Shown: positions 12,896 to 27,355 of the stretch, in pieces
How the letters are laid out: each line of letters begins with the position of its first letter
Numbering within the stretch: position 1 is the first letter of the stretch
Origin: Folioceros fuciformis
Taxonomy: Eukaryota
DNA length: 64,000 nucleotides
Assembly: GCA_049999805.1 (NCBI GenBank)
Contig: JBNGIO010006185.1
Coordinates: 96,170-160,169, forward strand
Direction: 5' to 3'
Made by a program: the position numbers and the translations under genes
The notes under the pieces: model-generated
Database searches by the model: none
Seen by the model: the letters and a program-made list of their open reading frames with translations, nothing else
What the model was told of the DNA's origin: nothing

Positions 12896-13860
12896 CTGAA
12901 AGACCAGGAATATTCCTGGAGCACACTTGCATGAGGTTGATCCGTTGCCACGACGTCAAGCCTGGAATCCAAGCTGATCACAAGAGCAGACTCACCACGT
13001 CGCATAGGCCACCAGCATCTCCTCCCAAGTTGCCATGAAATGCTAAGCCTCAAGACTTCCTTCCGCCTCACCCAGTGCCAGGCAGACTTTCCACCAAGTC
13101 CATCGCCAACGGCCTCGGTCGGACTCAGAGTGGCCATCTCTTGCTTTCCTTCGAGTGTGATTAAATTGCATTCTATATAGAATTAAAAGCTGCTAATTAT
13201 CCTAGCCATCGAAAGGTGATAAGAGCTCGGAATGATGTCACCTGCAGTTCTTTCCACCGATAAGGGGATGTATGTACACTTGAAGTGCCAAGCTGTTCGG
13301 TTTGGAGAAACATGTTCTCTTCTCCGTCTTTATTCCGATCCCAGATTATTGTCTCGCTCTATGGTGTCCAGTTCTTTGTTCTCTAGTGCGATCTATTTTC
13401 AGTAGCTGCTAGCACGTCGATGAACCTACACTTGCTTGTTTGTTAGTCGCCCCATCAAAACACCAACATGACAGGGATTTGCGCACGTAAACCATCTTGG
13501 AGTGCTCTCGCAGATCGGTGTCATGCAATTCTAGGGCACCACAATTTCGTCTTTTCCTGCTGTGCAAAGGTCGATGATAACGGAGCTTTCCTATGCCAAG
13601 TCATGGTTGTACACAAACGGCTAGGAAGGAATCGCTCAGGCTGCATATCGCAGCTGTGACTCAGTCTGAGTCTCGTAGCCCACTACTCTCACCAACTTTC
13701 ACATGTAGGTGGAAGCGCATAGAGAGGAGCTGATCCGACAGGAGCTGACTGGGAGGGCAAGCACATGCTGCCTTGAAGGATGAGAGGAACAAGGGCAAAA
13801 TGGTTTACAACAGGAAGAGGTACCGGTAGCTCCTTGTAAAATGTTAATCTCGAGTCGCTG

Positions 13861-16800
13861 CTACTTCTTGTAGCCAGCCTGTTTCATCCACAAGGACCAC
13901 CTTGCAGCCTCCAAAAGGTTTCCACTCTTCTCAAACGCTGAGATCAGGTTCGTGTACGTTACGTGGTCTGGTAAGAATCCAGCATCGTTCATCTCACGAA
14001 GCAGCTTCACTGCTTCATCTGGTTGACCAGCGTTTCCATATGACTTGATCAGGGTGTTGTACGTGTACTTATCCGGTGCCAAACCTTCGCTCCGCATCTT
14101 GTCTAACACCGCTTGGAGCTCTTCCATCATTCTCTGCTTACCATAGACATTGAGCAAGATGTTGTAGGTGGACAGATCTTTCTCACACCCTGCTCGCTCC
14201 ATGCGTTCAAGTGCATCCTCCATGTTGCTTAACTGCCCTGCCTTTCCATACGCATCAGCCATGGAGTTGAAAGTGTCCAGACCAGGTGAGAAGCCTGCCC
14301 TTTGCATTTCCCACAAAGTTTCTTCCATCTTTGCAAAGTTCTTCACCTTACCATATGCATTCACGAGGGTACTGAACGATATTCGATCCGCAACTCCCTG
14401 ATCCTGAGCCAGCTTTAGAACTTTGCTTGCCCTCTGCAGGTATCCTTGCTTGCCATACAAGTCAATCATGACGTTGTACGTGATAGCGTTGGGCGCAAAT
14501 CCGGAATCCAACATATTGTTGAAGACGTTGGCAGTTTCCTCCAAAGGCAATGCTCGCCCACAGCAGTTGATGACGCAATTCGACATAGCAGCATCCAGAT
14601 TGATGCCAGCTTTCACCATTGCCCAGTACATATCTGCTGCTTCCTGCATGACAAGATGACTCTACTCAGTCTCTACTCATGGCAAGGAGAAACGGCATGA
14701 TGGAAAAGCAGGCAACCCAGGAACGACTGGCTTAGGCCTTGAGATTACTTGCCTGCTGCAGTCCGTTTTTCTGGTACACTCGTATCATGGCATGGAATGT
14801 GTACGCATCAGGTACAAACCCGCCTTCTTCCTGCATCAGCTTTAAGGTTCGTATTGCTGACTCGTGAATTCCAGCTCGCATGTACACATTGAGCATCACA
14901 TTGTAGGCCACCGAATCCAGCTTCTTCGTCGACGCCCTCAGTTGATTAAAAAGCTCCTCTGCCTTTGCGACTCTGCCCATCCACCCGTACACATCGATCA
15001 TGGTGCACCACATGTCCAGACCCGCCGAAATGCCTTCTGCCTGCAGTTGCAAGAACAATTGTGCAGCGTCCTCGTAACGGCGGGCATTGCGAAGACCTAG
15101 CAGCAGGTTGTGGCATAAACTGGGTCGGGGCAGCACCTTGGCCTGCCGTAGAACTTCGAACTGCTCCAGAGCTCTCACTGGCATCTTTAGCTTCAAGTAC
15201 ATACTTAAAATTACAGAGGAGCACTCAACATCAGGCAACCACCCAGCTTCTGACATTGCAGAGAAAAGTTGAGGAACCCTGTTAAGCTTGTGACAAGCAT
15301 CATGCGCCTTGACAACTCTTTCGAGAATTCTGGCATCTGGATTGACTCCCATTTCTGTCATCTCTATCAACATCCTTGACACAGCACCTAGATTGTTCGC
15401 CTGTCCATACAAGCGTATGAGCGTGCCAAAAGTAGCCCGACTGGGCGCGATTCCTGCAACCTTCATTTCCTCATAGAAGTGCACAGCTTCTTTCAGCTTG
15501 TTGGCCTTTCCACAGGCACCTACCAAAGAGTTGTAGGTCACCTCATCTCCTTTCAGCCTAGACTCCTGAACCTGTCTGAAGACAAGTATCACCTTGGGGA
15601 ACATTTTAGCCCTGCCATAGGCCATGATCATGGTATTGTACACGACGAGGGGTAAGTTGCCTGACTCCTTCAACTTCTCCATAACTCTCTCACACTCCAG
15701 AACCTTCCCTTGCCGGGAAAACACATTCAGTTGAACAATGAGATTCTCTCTATCTGGCATCACATTCCGGATTGCCATTTGGCTCACAAGTTGCTCAGCT
15801 TTGTCAGCAAGCCCCGCTCTCATATACAACACAATCATCGAAGAGTAAGCATTGCAGGGCTCAGGACCGCAGGCCTGCATGTGAGCAAAGACTCTCTCTG
15901 CCTCGGCCAGCCTGTTAGCCTTCTGGTAGATGATCATGAGCATACCATAAGTCACCTCATTGGGTGAAATACCATTGCTCAACATTCTGTTGAACCATTC
16001 TGTAGCCTGTTCTGAAGAACCCGAACTCCCAGCAGCAAGAATCAGAGTATTGTAAGCATACAACTCAGCTTTCGAACCCATGCTCTGTCTGCGCATCTCC
16101 CCTAAATAAGTATGCACGGTTTCCCAATCTCTCTCTTCTGCCAGTATCTTGAGCACAATACTGTAGGCGTGGGAATTGGACTTGGCCCTCCCTGTCTGCC
16201 TCATCCAGCGAAAAAAGTGAAGAGCCTTTCTATCTTCTTCCAAAGCAGCCAAAACCTTGTTCAAGTCCGTGTTCGTCAGTTTCAACCCGGACCTCTTCAT
16301 AATATCCTCGATATCTGCTGCCGCCATGCGTGTGGCTCGGAGGGACTGAACCAATGCACCAAGCTCCTCCCTCGACCTACAACCTGATCCAGTTTCTGCA
16401 TCGTAGGTAGATTTATCTCGATCTCCACTATCACCATCATCGGTGAACAATTGCAGAAACTGCCCTTCCCCATCCTCAAACCTTCCCACAGGCTCCACAC
16501 ACTCCCCATGTACCTCCTCCCTCCTCTGTTTGCCTTCCACCTCCAACGTCTCCATAAACAACTTGTTCCTGCTCATGGAGGACAAACTCAACGTCTGAAC
16601 ATCCTCGGGCTCCACTACCCTGGGAAGCACTCGAGCTGCCACCATTCTTCCTCCTCCTGATCCCACCGGTTCACTTGAACTCGCTCCCATCCATCTTCCG
16701 TACACACAAAACCCCCCACATTGTGCTCTCTGCCCTGCCAAACCCCTGAGACCAAGACACCGCAAATCCAACGTTTGGCACTCACGCCCACATGCCCAGC

Positions 16801-16915
16801 TCAAGTCATGGGACCCGCTTACGACGGAAGAGGCAGACCGCGCACACACCATTGCAGGCATTCCTGCAATGCAGACGCTGCCGTTAAATAATTGCAGCAA
16901 GCTGCATTCCAACAC
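13861..16915 (-). CDS. BFA2: P-class PPR protein, At4g30825/BFA2-like, two exons
   Basis: Long P-type PPR arrays and the C-terminal LEAARWSLWMKQ motif typical of this family. A transit-peptide-like N-terminus is present. Intron 14752-14644 joins the two ORFs in frame. Start codon uncertain. Confidence 0.82.
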
Positions 16916-17552
16916 CGCACCTAACAGCGCCCATTCTCCGTCACCAACTGCTGCATCCTCCTACATCCTCTGAACTCGCTCACCAGGAACACCAGCCTGC
17001 TCGAATCCTGCCCTCACTCAAGAAAGTCCCAGAATCCCACTGTTCTCCACCTGCTACACTTTGACCAAAGCTTCCCTCAGAAATGCAAAGCACCTCCAAC
17101 CACCACCGCTTTCCGTTCCTCTGCAGGCGTCCACAACCCATCACCCAAAATCCCACCTCCGCAATGTCTTCACAAAACGCAATCTCCACAGCCTCGTCGG
17201 CCACCAGAACACATTCCTGCATCCCAGATTTCCTCGAAGCTCATCTGCTGCGATTCCAGATAGAGGTCCTGCAAACCGATGGTTCGTGTCCTCACACTCG
17301 TAAACTCTCTACCCGGGAAAGCATAACATAACAGTCGCTGTCTTAACTAAACGCCCTGTGCGAAATTGTTTCTCAACTCTACGGGTTAAGGCCGCTCTAA
17401 GACACTGCAATTGGCCTCGGCACGAAGGCTAGAGGAGGAGGAGACGGTCGGAGGCACGGACGAGGCGATCTTGCCTGCAGAGCAGTCTTGTGGAAGGAAG
17501 GAATTGAGGGCGGGTTTTGCAAGTAGCGCCATTTTCGGAAGAGTGGAGCAGC

Positions 17553-18322
17553 ATGCAGGGAGGCACGAAGGAGAGGGATCTGGGGGAATACGACACCGTT
17601 GCCTTCAGGACAGTGAGCGCAGCAGGTTCAGGGTTCGTGATCGGGAGCTGGCTGGGAGGAGCTGTAGCTACCTGGAAGTACGGCCCTACTGTGGAGCGGA
17701 AGGAAGGCTGGACTGCCCTCAGGAGCACGCTGCGCACCTGCGGGAGCTACGGCATCACCTTCGCTGCTGTCGGAGGCATCTACGCCTTGACGGAAGCAGT
17801 TGCTGAGAGCCTTCGAGGAAAGAAGGATTTTGTGAATGGCGCCATCGGGGGCCTAGCTGCCGGGCCAGTGATCGGAATCAGAGGTTAGTACACTGCTCTG
17901 TAAGGCCTGTCATACACACGGGTTTGCGAATGCATCACATTGCAGGAATTTGGAGGATGCACGTCCCTGATGGGATCAGGTGTTAGGGCAAAAGTTTGCA
18001 TTCTGTGCAGGGAAGTTCGTCAGATATCGCTTTTGGCGGATGCCCGTGAGATTTTGATAGGTTGTATTCACGAATGGCTAGACATCGAGAGGGAATGTCA
18101 CTTTTCATGTTGTTCTTCTGCTGATGTAAGCAACTTCCATGGCTGAATCATCTCATGACATCATATCCTTCTTGTATGACAGCCAAAAACTTGCCACTGG
18201 GCCTAGGAGCGGCAGCGGCGTTCGCAACCATCTCTGCTCTAGTCGATGCTGCAGGACAGACAATCAGAACTCCTAACGACAAGGAATACGTCACTTATCC
18301 CAGAGAGAATCCCAGGCTGTGA
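17553..18322 (+). CDS. OEP16-3: Tim17/22/23-family protein OEP16-3 / complex I B14.7 (NDUFA11-like)
   Basis: Exons 17553-17883 and 18183-18322 give ATWKYGPTVER...GITFAAVGG...KKDFVNGAIGG...ALVDAAGQTIR..DKEY, collinear with Arabidopsis At2g42210. Confidence 0.88.
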
Positions 18323-18589
18323 CTCCATGCGCTGGCTGAGCAGCAAGGTTGCTTAATGGTATTTTTCTTCTGTCATGAGCTACAGATTCTGTTTCCTCAT
18401 TCTGGTGCAAGATTTTGAAAGTCTGTTCAATTGAACATGATATGTAGCCTTGCAACATGAGAATGAGGAGCCGGGAGTTGTGACAAAATTTTCCGTCCGG
18501 AATGCACTGCTGGACTTGTCACTGTTAGATCACGCTAGTTCATTGCAGCTCCCCAATTTACACCTTGTCCTGTTCATTTGTGCTAGGCC

Positions 18590-18739
18590 ACATCTCCTTT
18601 GTCCCCTCTGTTCTCAGCTACCCATGCCTCCTTGAGTACATCTCCTTTGTCCCCTCTGTTCTCAGCTACCAATGCCTCCTTGAGTACATCCCCTTTGTCC
18701 CCTCTGTTCTCAGCTACCAATGCCTCCTTGAGTACATCT
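18590..18739. repeat. 48-bp tandem repeat x3 between convergent genes
   Basis: Unit acatctcctttgtcccctctgttctcagctacc(c/a)atgcctccttgagt. Confidence 0.92.
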
Positions 18740-18794
18740 TCAGGTGAAGGAATTGCAGTCTGCTGTCGTGACAAACAGTTCCAAGTGCTTCATT

Positions 18795-19910
18795 TCAGAT
18801 GAAAGGCAACAACAAGTATTCGATGTAGAACAGATTCCAGATGAAGCGGTAGAAGTCGCTGATGGCTTTCCTAGAGTACTTCCCAGCATCCAGGGCCCAG
18901 GTCTGATACACGAGCGCGGCAGCAAGCAAGGCGTGGCTGGGGATCAGCACCTGGGGCTTGAAGGCTTGCGGCAAGGCTATGGCCGCAGCGATGGCGCCCA
19001 CGTAGTTGGCCAGTAGCAGCCCTGCTCCGAGCCAGGAGATGGTTCGCACTCCCAGCTTGGTGGCGAAGGTGGAGATGTTGTACTTAATGTCGCCCTCCAC
19101 ATCCGGGAGGTCCTTGGTGATGGCGATGACGGTAGCGAAGACGGTGACAAAGATAGTGATGAAGACGACAGAGGGATTCCAAGCGAATTCCAGCCCGATG
19201 GCCGCGCGGGTGGCGTAGTAGACCCCGAAGTTGAGTAGGAAGCCACGCACTGTAGCGATGATGAGAAACGCTGGTACCGCGAACCTCTTGAGCCGCAGCG
19301 GCGGGACGGAATAGATAGCACCCAGCCCCAGCCCGAGCGCGTAGAGCCCGGTGATGAGCGGGCCGAAGTGTGTGCTCACAATCCCCAGCCCCAGCGCCGC
19401 GAACCCTACCACCATCGCCCAGGCCGCCGGCACCGAGAGGTCCCCAGCTGCGATCGGCAGGAAGGGCTTGTTCACACGGTCGATTCCCACGTCATAGATC
19501 TGGTTGATCCCCACGATGTAGCCGTTCCCGGCCAACAGCGCCAGGAGGCCTCGCAGCGCCTTGGGGAGCAAGCGCCAGTCCACCAGCTGCGGATTCTCCA
19601 GAAGCGCGCGGGCCACCAGCGCTGTGGTCCCGATGAGCGTTCCCCGGATAGTGTGCGGCCGCACGAAGCGCCAGCATGCATCCAGATGCAGCTGGAATGC
19701 CGGCCCGTCCGGGGCCGCATCGCTGCTGCTGCTGCCGCTCCTGCACCTCGCCTGCCTGAGCAGCCTGGACCCCGACCCGACGTTGGAGCCGATCCTCTTG
19801 CAGCTCAGTCGCGGTAGCAGCCGAGGCTGGAGCGTGCAAATTAGGTCACCTGCACTCTGCAGGCTGCAGAGCGATGTCGCAGCGGGAGAGACCAGCAGCC
19901 TGCATTCCAT
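18795..19910 (-). CDS. HST: Homogentisate solanesyltransferase (UbiA family), intronless
   Basis: [57 protein letters not shown] and [10 protein letters not shown] are HST-type motifs. Transit peptide present. Confidence 0.93.
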   Translation of the reverse strand: MECRLLVSPAATSLCSLQSAGDLICTLQPRLLPRLSCKRIGSNVGSGSRLLRQARCRSGSSSSDAAPDGPAFQLHLDACWRFVRPHTIRGTLIGTTALVARALLENPQLVDWRLLPKALRGLLALLAGNGYIVGINQIYDVGIDRVNKPFLPIAAGDLSVPAAWAMVVGFAALGLGIVSTHFGPLITGLYALGLGLGAIYSVPPLRLKRFAVPAFLIIATVRGFLLNFGVYYATRAAIGLEFAWNPSVVFITIFVTVFATVIAITKDLPDVEGDIKYNISTFATKLGVRTISWLGAGLLLANYVGAIAAAIALPQAFKPQVLIPSHALLAAALVYQTWALDAGKYSRKAISDFYRFIWNLFYIEYLLLPFI

Positions 19911-20712
19911 CCTGCTCCTGCTTGCGGTGTGAAAGGACAGGATGAGGAACGTTGAAGGAGACTGTACCTAAGAGGTGCGCCAGCTGCTAAGACCGTATGG
20001 AGTCGCATGCATCAACGGGATCATCTGCGAAGCATTCGTATCTGCGTTGGCGGCATTTGCAATCGACCTGAGCGCGACGCTGAGGGCGGCTGAATCGATT
20101 CCGTGGCTCAGACTGAGTGGAGTAGAATCCATCCTCAGAATCGATTCAATAGGGAATCTACAGCATCCGTTGCCATCACAAGGCTAACATACACACGCAG
20201 CTTCACCGCTTTATAACACGATTTTCAACCACCGCTCTGATCCCTACCGGATAGGACTGACACGCGCTTCTCAGTCTCTTGATGGACAGCTTTGGAACAC
20301 GTATGTTACGGGAAGGTGGAGAACTAGGTTAAAGTTTGGCTTAGTGGATCATCCACATGAGACATCCAACCCTGAGGAAGAAGTCGACGTAGCTACCAAT
20401 TCCCACGACATCTTTACTTCAAACAAGGGTGTCAAAGACGAGAAAGCATCACAAACGTCTTTTTTATCGGATCAGGTTAAGCTCTAATCAACTATGTCTA
20501 CTCAGTCTATCAGGAGGAGGTGCTTACAACCTATCAGCAGCCTTACTTTACATACATGGAAAGCCAAATCTTCCATGATTTGCAGCAGCAGCCTTATTAC
20601 CGAGCCCACGGTGGTTCCTATGTACTGTACAATTTGATCCTCGCCGTGTGCAAAGGATTATTCACTTACATGATTCGCGAGCCGCATGAAGCTGTTTGCT
20701 GTGTAGAATCTG

Positions 20713-23700
20713 TCATGCCACAGTGAAGGCACGAACCACCTCCAGAATAGGCGCACGACACATGGGGCACTTCCCACTGTTCCTCAACAACACACTGGCA
20801 CACTTCAGGCAAGTGCACATATGGCCACACCTGAACAGAGGAGGAGGATGGATTTTGTAAGATGAAGTGTTTCAGGGATAGACACTGGATGGAACAGGCT
20901 GCCTACCAACCTGTACAAAAGGGAATCGATGGCCTTGTCACAACAGATGCAACAGGTGCCCTTTCTCACTGTTGCCCATTTCGTGCCATCGATCTCGTAT
21001 GCTGGGACACCTACCATGGACAGCACACCGATTTGAACATCAGTGATGAGTACACCACTGGTGCTGAATGGAGTGATGAGAGTGGGCACAAGAGTTTTGC
21101 ATCGAGATTGTCTGCATGGACGTACCTTCAGTACCGTAGGCTCGATGCAAAGCACCAGCAACCTCTTGCCTGACCGACCTCTGCAGCTCAAGCTGCATTT
21201 CCATGCAAGTCTCCATCAGCCGCTGCAAGTCACCAAATGCTCGCTGTAGTTTGCCAAGGTCTGCCCTCAAGTCACTGCTGCCTTGCCCTTCCTGCTCATG
21301 TTAGGATAGAGAACATGCTTAGTCCTGAGAACAATTGACCTTAAAACGAAACCTGAGGTTGCTAGACATTCTAGCTTGAGAACTCTCAAACAAAGTTTCT
21401 AAGATGTATCTCCGAGAAGTCAGTCTGAGATTTACCATCTCAGCTACGTGCTGTGAAACACGTGATCCCCAGAGCGGCTGCTGAGGCACTGCAGGCCATT
21501 GGAAAACTGGAGGCGGTGGGGGCGGAGGTGGTGGTATTGTACGGCGTGGTTGATCCACGTTGCCAGCTCCAATGCTTGCAGCCTGAGCTTGTTGCTGCTG
21601 GCCTTGCCGTTGATCACCACCGGATGCAGGCTGATGAGAGCCATTCACATTCCAGGGTCGTGCTGAGCGCCCAGATCGTTGTATGAAAGATTCGATGAGT
21701 AGATCGAGCCTGTCCCGGAACTCACTTGCCAGAACAGTTGTCACACTCCGTCTGGCAGAATATCATGTGCTTAGCAGATGGCCCAGAGTGGCAATTCTAA
21801 CACAATAGCATGTCTCCTGATTATATACAGGATGATCATGGAGGTTGAAGACGATCCATTACCTGCTCAAGAGCTCTCTCAATTCCATATTGTAAGCAGT
21901 TGTGTCTTCCAGTTCACGTATTCTTCGAGCAGCTGCGATGCCATGCCAATCCCTCCCCACCCCAAGATGGGCCCTATCCCTGTCAACGCTTTCAGGGAGT
22001 CCAGCACGGTATAGGGCTCGCTGCTGCCTCCTCCTCAATGCATCCCGACCGTTCTCTACTGCCTCAGCATGCCTATGATGGACTTGGCCTGCCAAAATCG
22101 TCTCAAGTCTGAACCGAAAGCCCTCCCTGTATCACAAGATTGTTAGTCAACAGGGAAACCAGACGTCACAGATTACTACCCACCAAGCCAAGTGACAAGG
22201 AGAGATGACTGTCGAAATCGCGACAGTGGCCTGAACTAATGGACAAGACAGTAAAACGAGACAACCACGATATCCAAACGGTCACCTTAGCCCACTGACA
22301 GCTCGCCTCTGCCTAAGTTGCCCAATCTCCCCAGCAGCAAGTGATGGACGGCGTTCTTCCTCGTCATTTGCTCCTCCTCGCAAGAACCTCCCACGCAAAA
22401 AGGACTGGAGGGGTCAAAGACTATCACTTAGTACCACAGAAAACAACAAAACAAAACAGAAGTGCACAACTTCTATGAACTTAACAGGAGAAATGGGTGA
22501 ACCTGCAAACGATTTCGATGAGCGAAATCAGACACAGCACGATGTTCTGACAGACCCTGAAGCTCCCGTTGCCTGTCCAATTCGGCCCTCACTAGTAAGT
22601 CCAAACCCAGCTGCGTATCTTGGTACCTCCGGGCATGCCAACTCTGGTCCCCTCGACCCGACCGATCAACCGAATCATCCCCAAACTCTGCATGTGAGCC
22701 TTGGGAGACTGGAGGAGAATTACCCAGAGGTTGTGTCAAGTCTGCTCTGCCTCGCAGCACTGCAGCCGAGTGCTGGCTGCTTGCACGAGCCCATTCTCTT
22801 GCAAGCTGCCTCACCCTTTCTCGCTCACCCTGCCCATCCCCATTGCTCGGACTGGAGATAGAGATCGGTCCAGTTTCTGCCACCCCAGTCTGCATCATCC
22901 AACGCTGCATGATTTGCCTGACCCGTTCTCGTTCAGCCTCGCCAATTCTTGCAGCTTCATCGTGCCTCTGCTGGCTTTGGGTGGCAATAGAGTCAGGCTC
23001 ATCCACTTCCCACCCTCGTGTGCCCTCCTCTGGTCTGCTCCTGATACCATCATCAGAAATGTCATGAGCTGTTGCCTGCACTTCATGCTGGTCGTTGCCT
23101 TCCAGATAAGTTTCACTTTGGCGATTTTCCTCTGGTTCAATGACGCCCTGCTGCACTTCAGCTACAGTCTCACTGTCCGTTGTTTCACTCCCATGGGACC
23201 TGTTCACATCTTGGTATGGCCCGTGATCTCCTTCGAGCCCTCTCCACATCTGCACTAGTGATGAGGCCCTTCGCTGAGGTCTTTCAAAAGCATTGTGAGA
23301 CCTGGGAGACGCAGACTCCTGCAAGAAAGATGCATCCAACATGGAGACTGTGTGCAGGCTGGCAAGGGCCAAAAGCTCTGATTCTCGTGCCTGCCTCTCC
23401 ATAGTTGTGATCATCTCCTGTGCTTGCCGCGCATCCCATCGACTCAGTATTCTGGATTGCGACCTGGAAGGTGAAGTATTAGGTGTGCCCCTGTCCTCTA
23501 ACTGTACACTACATGCTAACAAGTCAGCCTCTCCGCCACCTGTGGCCTCACCAGGCTGCCCATCAATATGAACTGACAAATCAAACTGGTGGTGGTGCTG
23601 ATGACCACTGCTAGAGGTCCCAGACTGACTTTCACCATCCAGATGAGCTTCATCTTCCTCACTCGAAGAGGAATGATGGTGATGTTGGCTGTGAGAGCTG

Positions 23701-23993
23701 CTCTCATCATGAACCGAAGATATGGAGGGTGTGCGAGAAAGAGAGTTGCTCCTTCCATCATTGGCAGAACTGCAGGAAGCAATAGCCATGCACGTGTTGA
23801 GGTGGTCACGCACCAGCTCCTCCAGACCCCTTCTAAACTCTGCATCAGCATTGGTGACTGGGTGCGCCGCCATCAGCTGGTTCACCTCCTGCTTGTCCTG
23901 CAAATGCAAGCAAGCAGCCATCCTCTCATCCATGCTCGAGTCCGCTTCCGAGTTTGCTGTCACAGTCTGGGAAACCTCCTCTTCACTCGCCAT
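20713..23993 (-). CDS. C-terminal RING-HC E3 ligase (At5g04460 / neuralized-like RING family), multi-exon
   Basis: Motifs [61 protein letters not shown] and [32 protein letters not shown]...[16 protein letters not shown]. Confidence 0.87.
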
Positions 23994-25649
23994 CCTGAAA
24001 CCTGCAACCCACATACTAAAAGCTTAAGTCCTGCAACCCACGAGCAGCATCCTTCCTGACCTACTCGACGACCTTATCCTGCCTCCCTTCACAACGTAAA
24101 GAAAGAACGACAAGTCACAAAGAAAGCCTCCCTGTCAAGCTGACGACACCGACCTTCTCAAACGCCCAACAGGCCCCTGTCGCAGGAATGCAGCGATGCC
24201 TTGTCCTACACCGAAGTAGCTTACAGGCCCTGCACCAGTAACACAACGGTTGTAACCTCAACCACACATTCCCAAAGCACAACAACTGCTACAGAAAGCA
24301 AGCACCGGCACCGGAGCCCGGACTAATCCTGGCCTCACCCACTTCCCAGCACACCAAAATGCAAACAACCCAACTCGCCCTCCTCGCTCCTCTCCCCAGC
24401 ACATTCACCCACAACAAAATCCGGACTCAAAACCTTGAACAATCCACCCGGGTACCTCAAATCCCACAATCCGGCCGCAATGTGCTCAATTCGGTTTCTT
24501 CCTGCTCCTCAGACCCCACTTCCGTCCGCACCACGCACACTCCCGAGCCTCCGCCACCAGGCTCCGCTTCCTCCTCTCCACCTCCACCCAGCGCGCCGGC
24601 ATCGAGCCCCCTGCTCAAACCATACGCTATGCTTCACACACTGAAAATCACTCCTCCCCTTCCCTAGACACAATTCCCCTCAAATCCTCCCGAATCCTGA
24701 CCACAGCCCCGAGTCCCCGCCCCTCTGATCCAATCCACAGAAACAACCTCTCTTCAGCTCTACCAAACGGGGACCCAGCCGGAAATTCCTGCACCCAAAA
24801 TGTCAGCAGATCGTCCGCCCAATTCCGTGGGTGACAAATGCCCGAAATCGATGGGATACTCGGCCGCGCTGGACCGCGCTGCTCTCCTATCCTTCGGCCC
24901 CCTCGTCTTCAGCAGCGAGCAGAGAGCAGCAGCAGCTTGCGTGTAATCGGCAGCCATGGGCGACGCGATGCCATGTGTGTCTAGTGCTTTGGGCACGGAG
25001 CCTCCACGACCGCCGGTCGCCGACTGGCGTACGCGGTATCCAAAGCAGCCAGTCGCTTCAGCCAAGTCACTGTTGATAAAACTGTGCATCGGCTCTTTCA
25101 CCTAGTCTCGTCTACCTAGCCCCGCGGTGGCCCATGGGAACTCGGGCCACCAAACCTCCGAAAATAAGAAGTTTCTGTTTCTATAGCTTTGCTGCAAAGC
25201 TATGGAAATCTAGGCTGAAAACTTTGTAACACATGGCTTCAAGAAAGTTTAAACGCATATGCTATGCACACATTCAGACACCTCGGCGCACTTTTAAACG
25301 CCAGTAGTACTAGTAGTATTCAACACCTTGCATCTTAGTCAGGCTACCTCTTCTACCGCTCCGACCAATATTAATCTTAAGTAATTAAAATCCTACCATA
25401 CCCACCAGACAAAGAATATTACGCACTTAAACCTCTCCAATTTTGGGCTCATGGCTTTCCAGGAGCCCGGATGAGGATTTTCGGGTTTAGGGTTGACTGG
25501 TAATATGTTTGAGTTCCGTACCTCAACCCTTTTCCAAGGTGGTCTCACTGAGTAGCTCCCCTCCACGTGGGTAGGATTTCCGAGATATGTGACATGACCT
25601 TGTGGGGATAACGAAGCTTTTGAGTCGATGTAGAGGACTGGAATAGGAG

Positions 25650-27355
25650 CTATCCAGACAGAACTGGAGATTCGGTGAGGGACTTGAACAACGCCTGCCA
25701 GTCACTTATCTCCTGCCCTCCATTAGCCACCTGCCAAGTTCACAGACACGAAGCCTCCTCAGCGGATGTAGCTTGTCTTCATGAACTGCACTTTTGTTGA
25801 AGAAGAGATGCAGCAGTTGTCTCAGGTTCCAAAGTGTGCACCGGGTCGAATATCACTACCTCAAAAAGTAGACCATCTTGTGGTGGAGCGTCGAGAGCTC
25901 TGACGCAGACATTGGCAGCATCTTCTCTGCTTATGCTGCCCTTGACTTTACCACCCTGAGATGCACACGTTCCCAAACAGCGCACGAGGTCCTTGCTCAG
26001 ATGCCTGCATGGCCTTCAGTGTCAGGTAAGTGTGAACAGATACCGAGGGATGATAACCTGTCCGACGCTGAAACCTAGCCGGCCACCAGGTTCATCTCGC
26101 AAAGAACCAGCCCTCACAATGGTATGGGGAATGCCCAATCTGGTGATCGTGGTTTCGTCTTTCTCGACTTGATTTCTGCTCCCTTGTATGAAAAAGAATC
26201 CAAAACCTTCATTGTCCCTGAACACAGAAAGCTGCACAGTATGGATCATTCTGTCATTTGTACTGCTGAGGGGGTCGAGCCAATGGCAGGGACGGAAAGG
26301 TTGTGGACATACCTGGGAAAGAAAAACAATATGTTCTACGCCCTTGAGCAATACCGGATCTCCCAAGGCACCGACCTGACATTCAACAAGTACACATCCA
26401 CATCAGATGTTTGGCAACTCCTGAGATGAGAAGTTGATGTTTCGATACGACACACGGCAGGAAGTTATCTACCTTTGACGGACAGATAATGGCTTTAACT
26501 CCTCGCAGAGCTTTCTTCAAGCTCAGTTTGTCGTTTACATCTCCAATCACGGGCTGTTCCATGGACGGCTGTTACGTCCATGTCAAAGACTGTCCCATGC
26601 TCAAGCACTGGACAATGATTGGCATTCGTGTACCTACCTCAACATAAGAGCCAAAAGCAATTGTAGCTGCTCTCACATCTTTCACAAGAGCCCTTACGCG
26701 CGCACGCTTGAGAATGAGCGACAGCACGATTAACTGGTTACAGACAAGCGAACAGATGTAAGCACACGGCAACTACTCCAGGCTCCACCATTGTTGTGAT
26801 CCAACCATCTATACCTGGCCAGTATCGCAGTCAGCATCAGTAACCAACACCGCGTCTCTCTGCCCCTCTACCTCCAGCTCATCCTCCTCTGCAACACGTC
26901 CTTTGCTCCTCAGCACTCCCGGAATTGCCGAACCAATCACAAACAACTTATTCGACCATCCTTACTGTCAGCATTGCTGGCATCCTGCTCAGACGCTCCC
27001 CCGTCCTTGGGAAGCTGCTCGGGAGCTCCGTACCATTTCCTCAGCTTCGGACCACCTACGGCCACAGTGATCAGTCCCACCAAAGACAGTCCTACACACA
27101 CACTGAAGAATGGTAAATGAGACGAGACACACCTTCGATATAATCCAAAAGTCGGTCACCAAACGATATAGGCGAGGACCTCCCATCCGAGTCCGCTTTG
27201 CCTCCGGCCTGAACTGGTTGCAAGCCTGATTTACTTCTACAAGGCAAAGGAGACACTCTAGGGCAGAAGCAACTGCAACCAAGTGACGGGAAAGCACCAC
27301 CCAGGAGAGTGTGCGTGCCTCCAGAAATTGAAAGCTTGGAGAAATGCAGAGCCAT
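25650..27355 (-). CDS. Plastid NAD(P)-binding Rossmann-fold protein (At1g72640-like), multi-exon
   Basis: DRLLDYIEG/GPKLRKWYGAPE, VLVTDADCDTGQ, LILKRARVRALVKD, HTIVRAGSLRDEPGG, GSISREDAANVCV. The last exon ends ...SPVLSG*. Confidence 0.85.
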
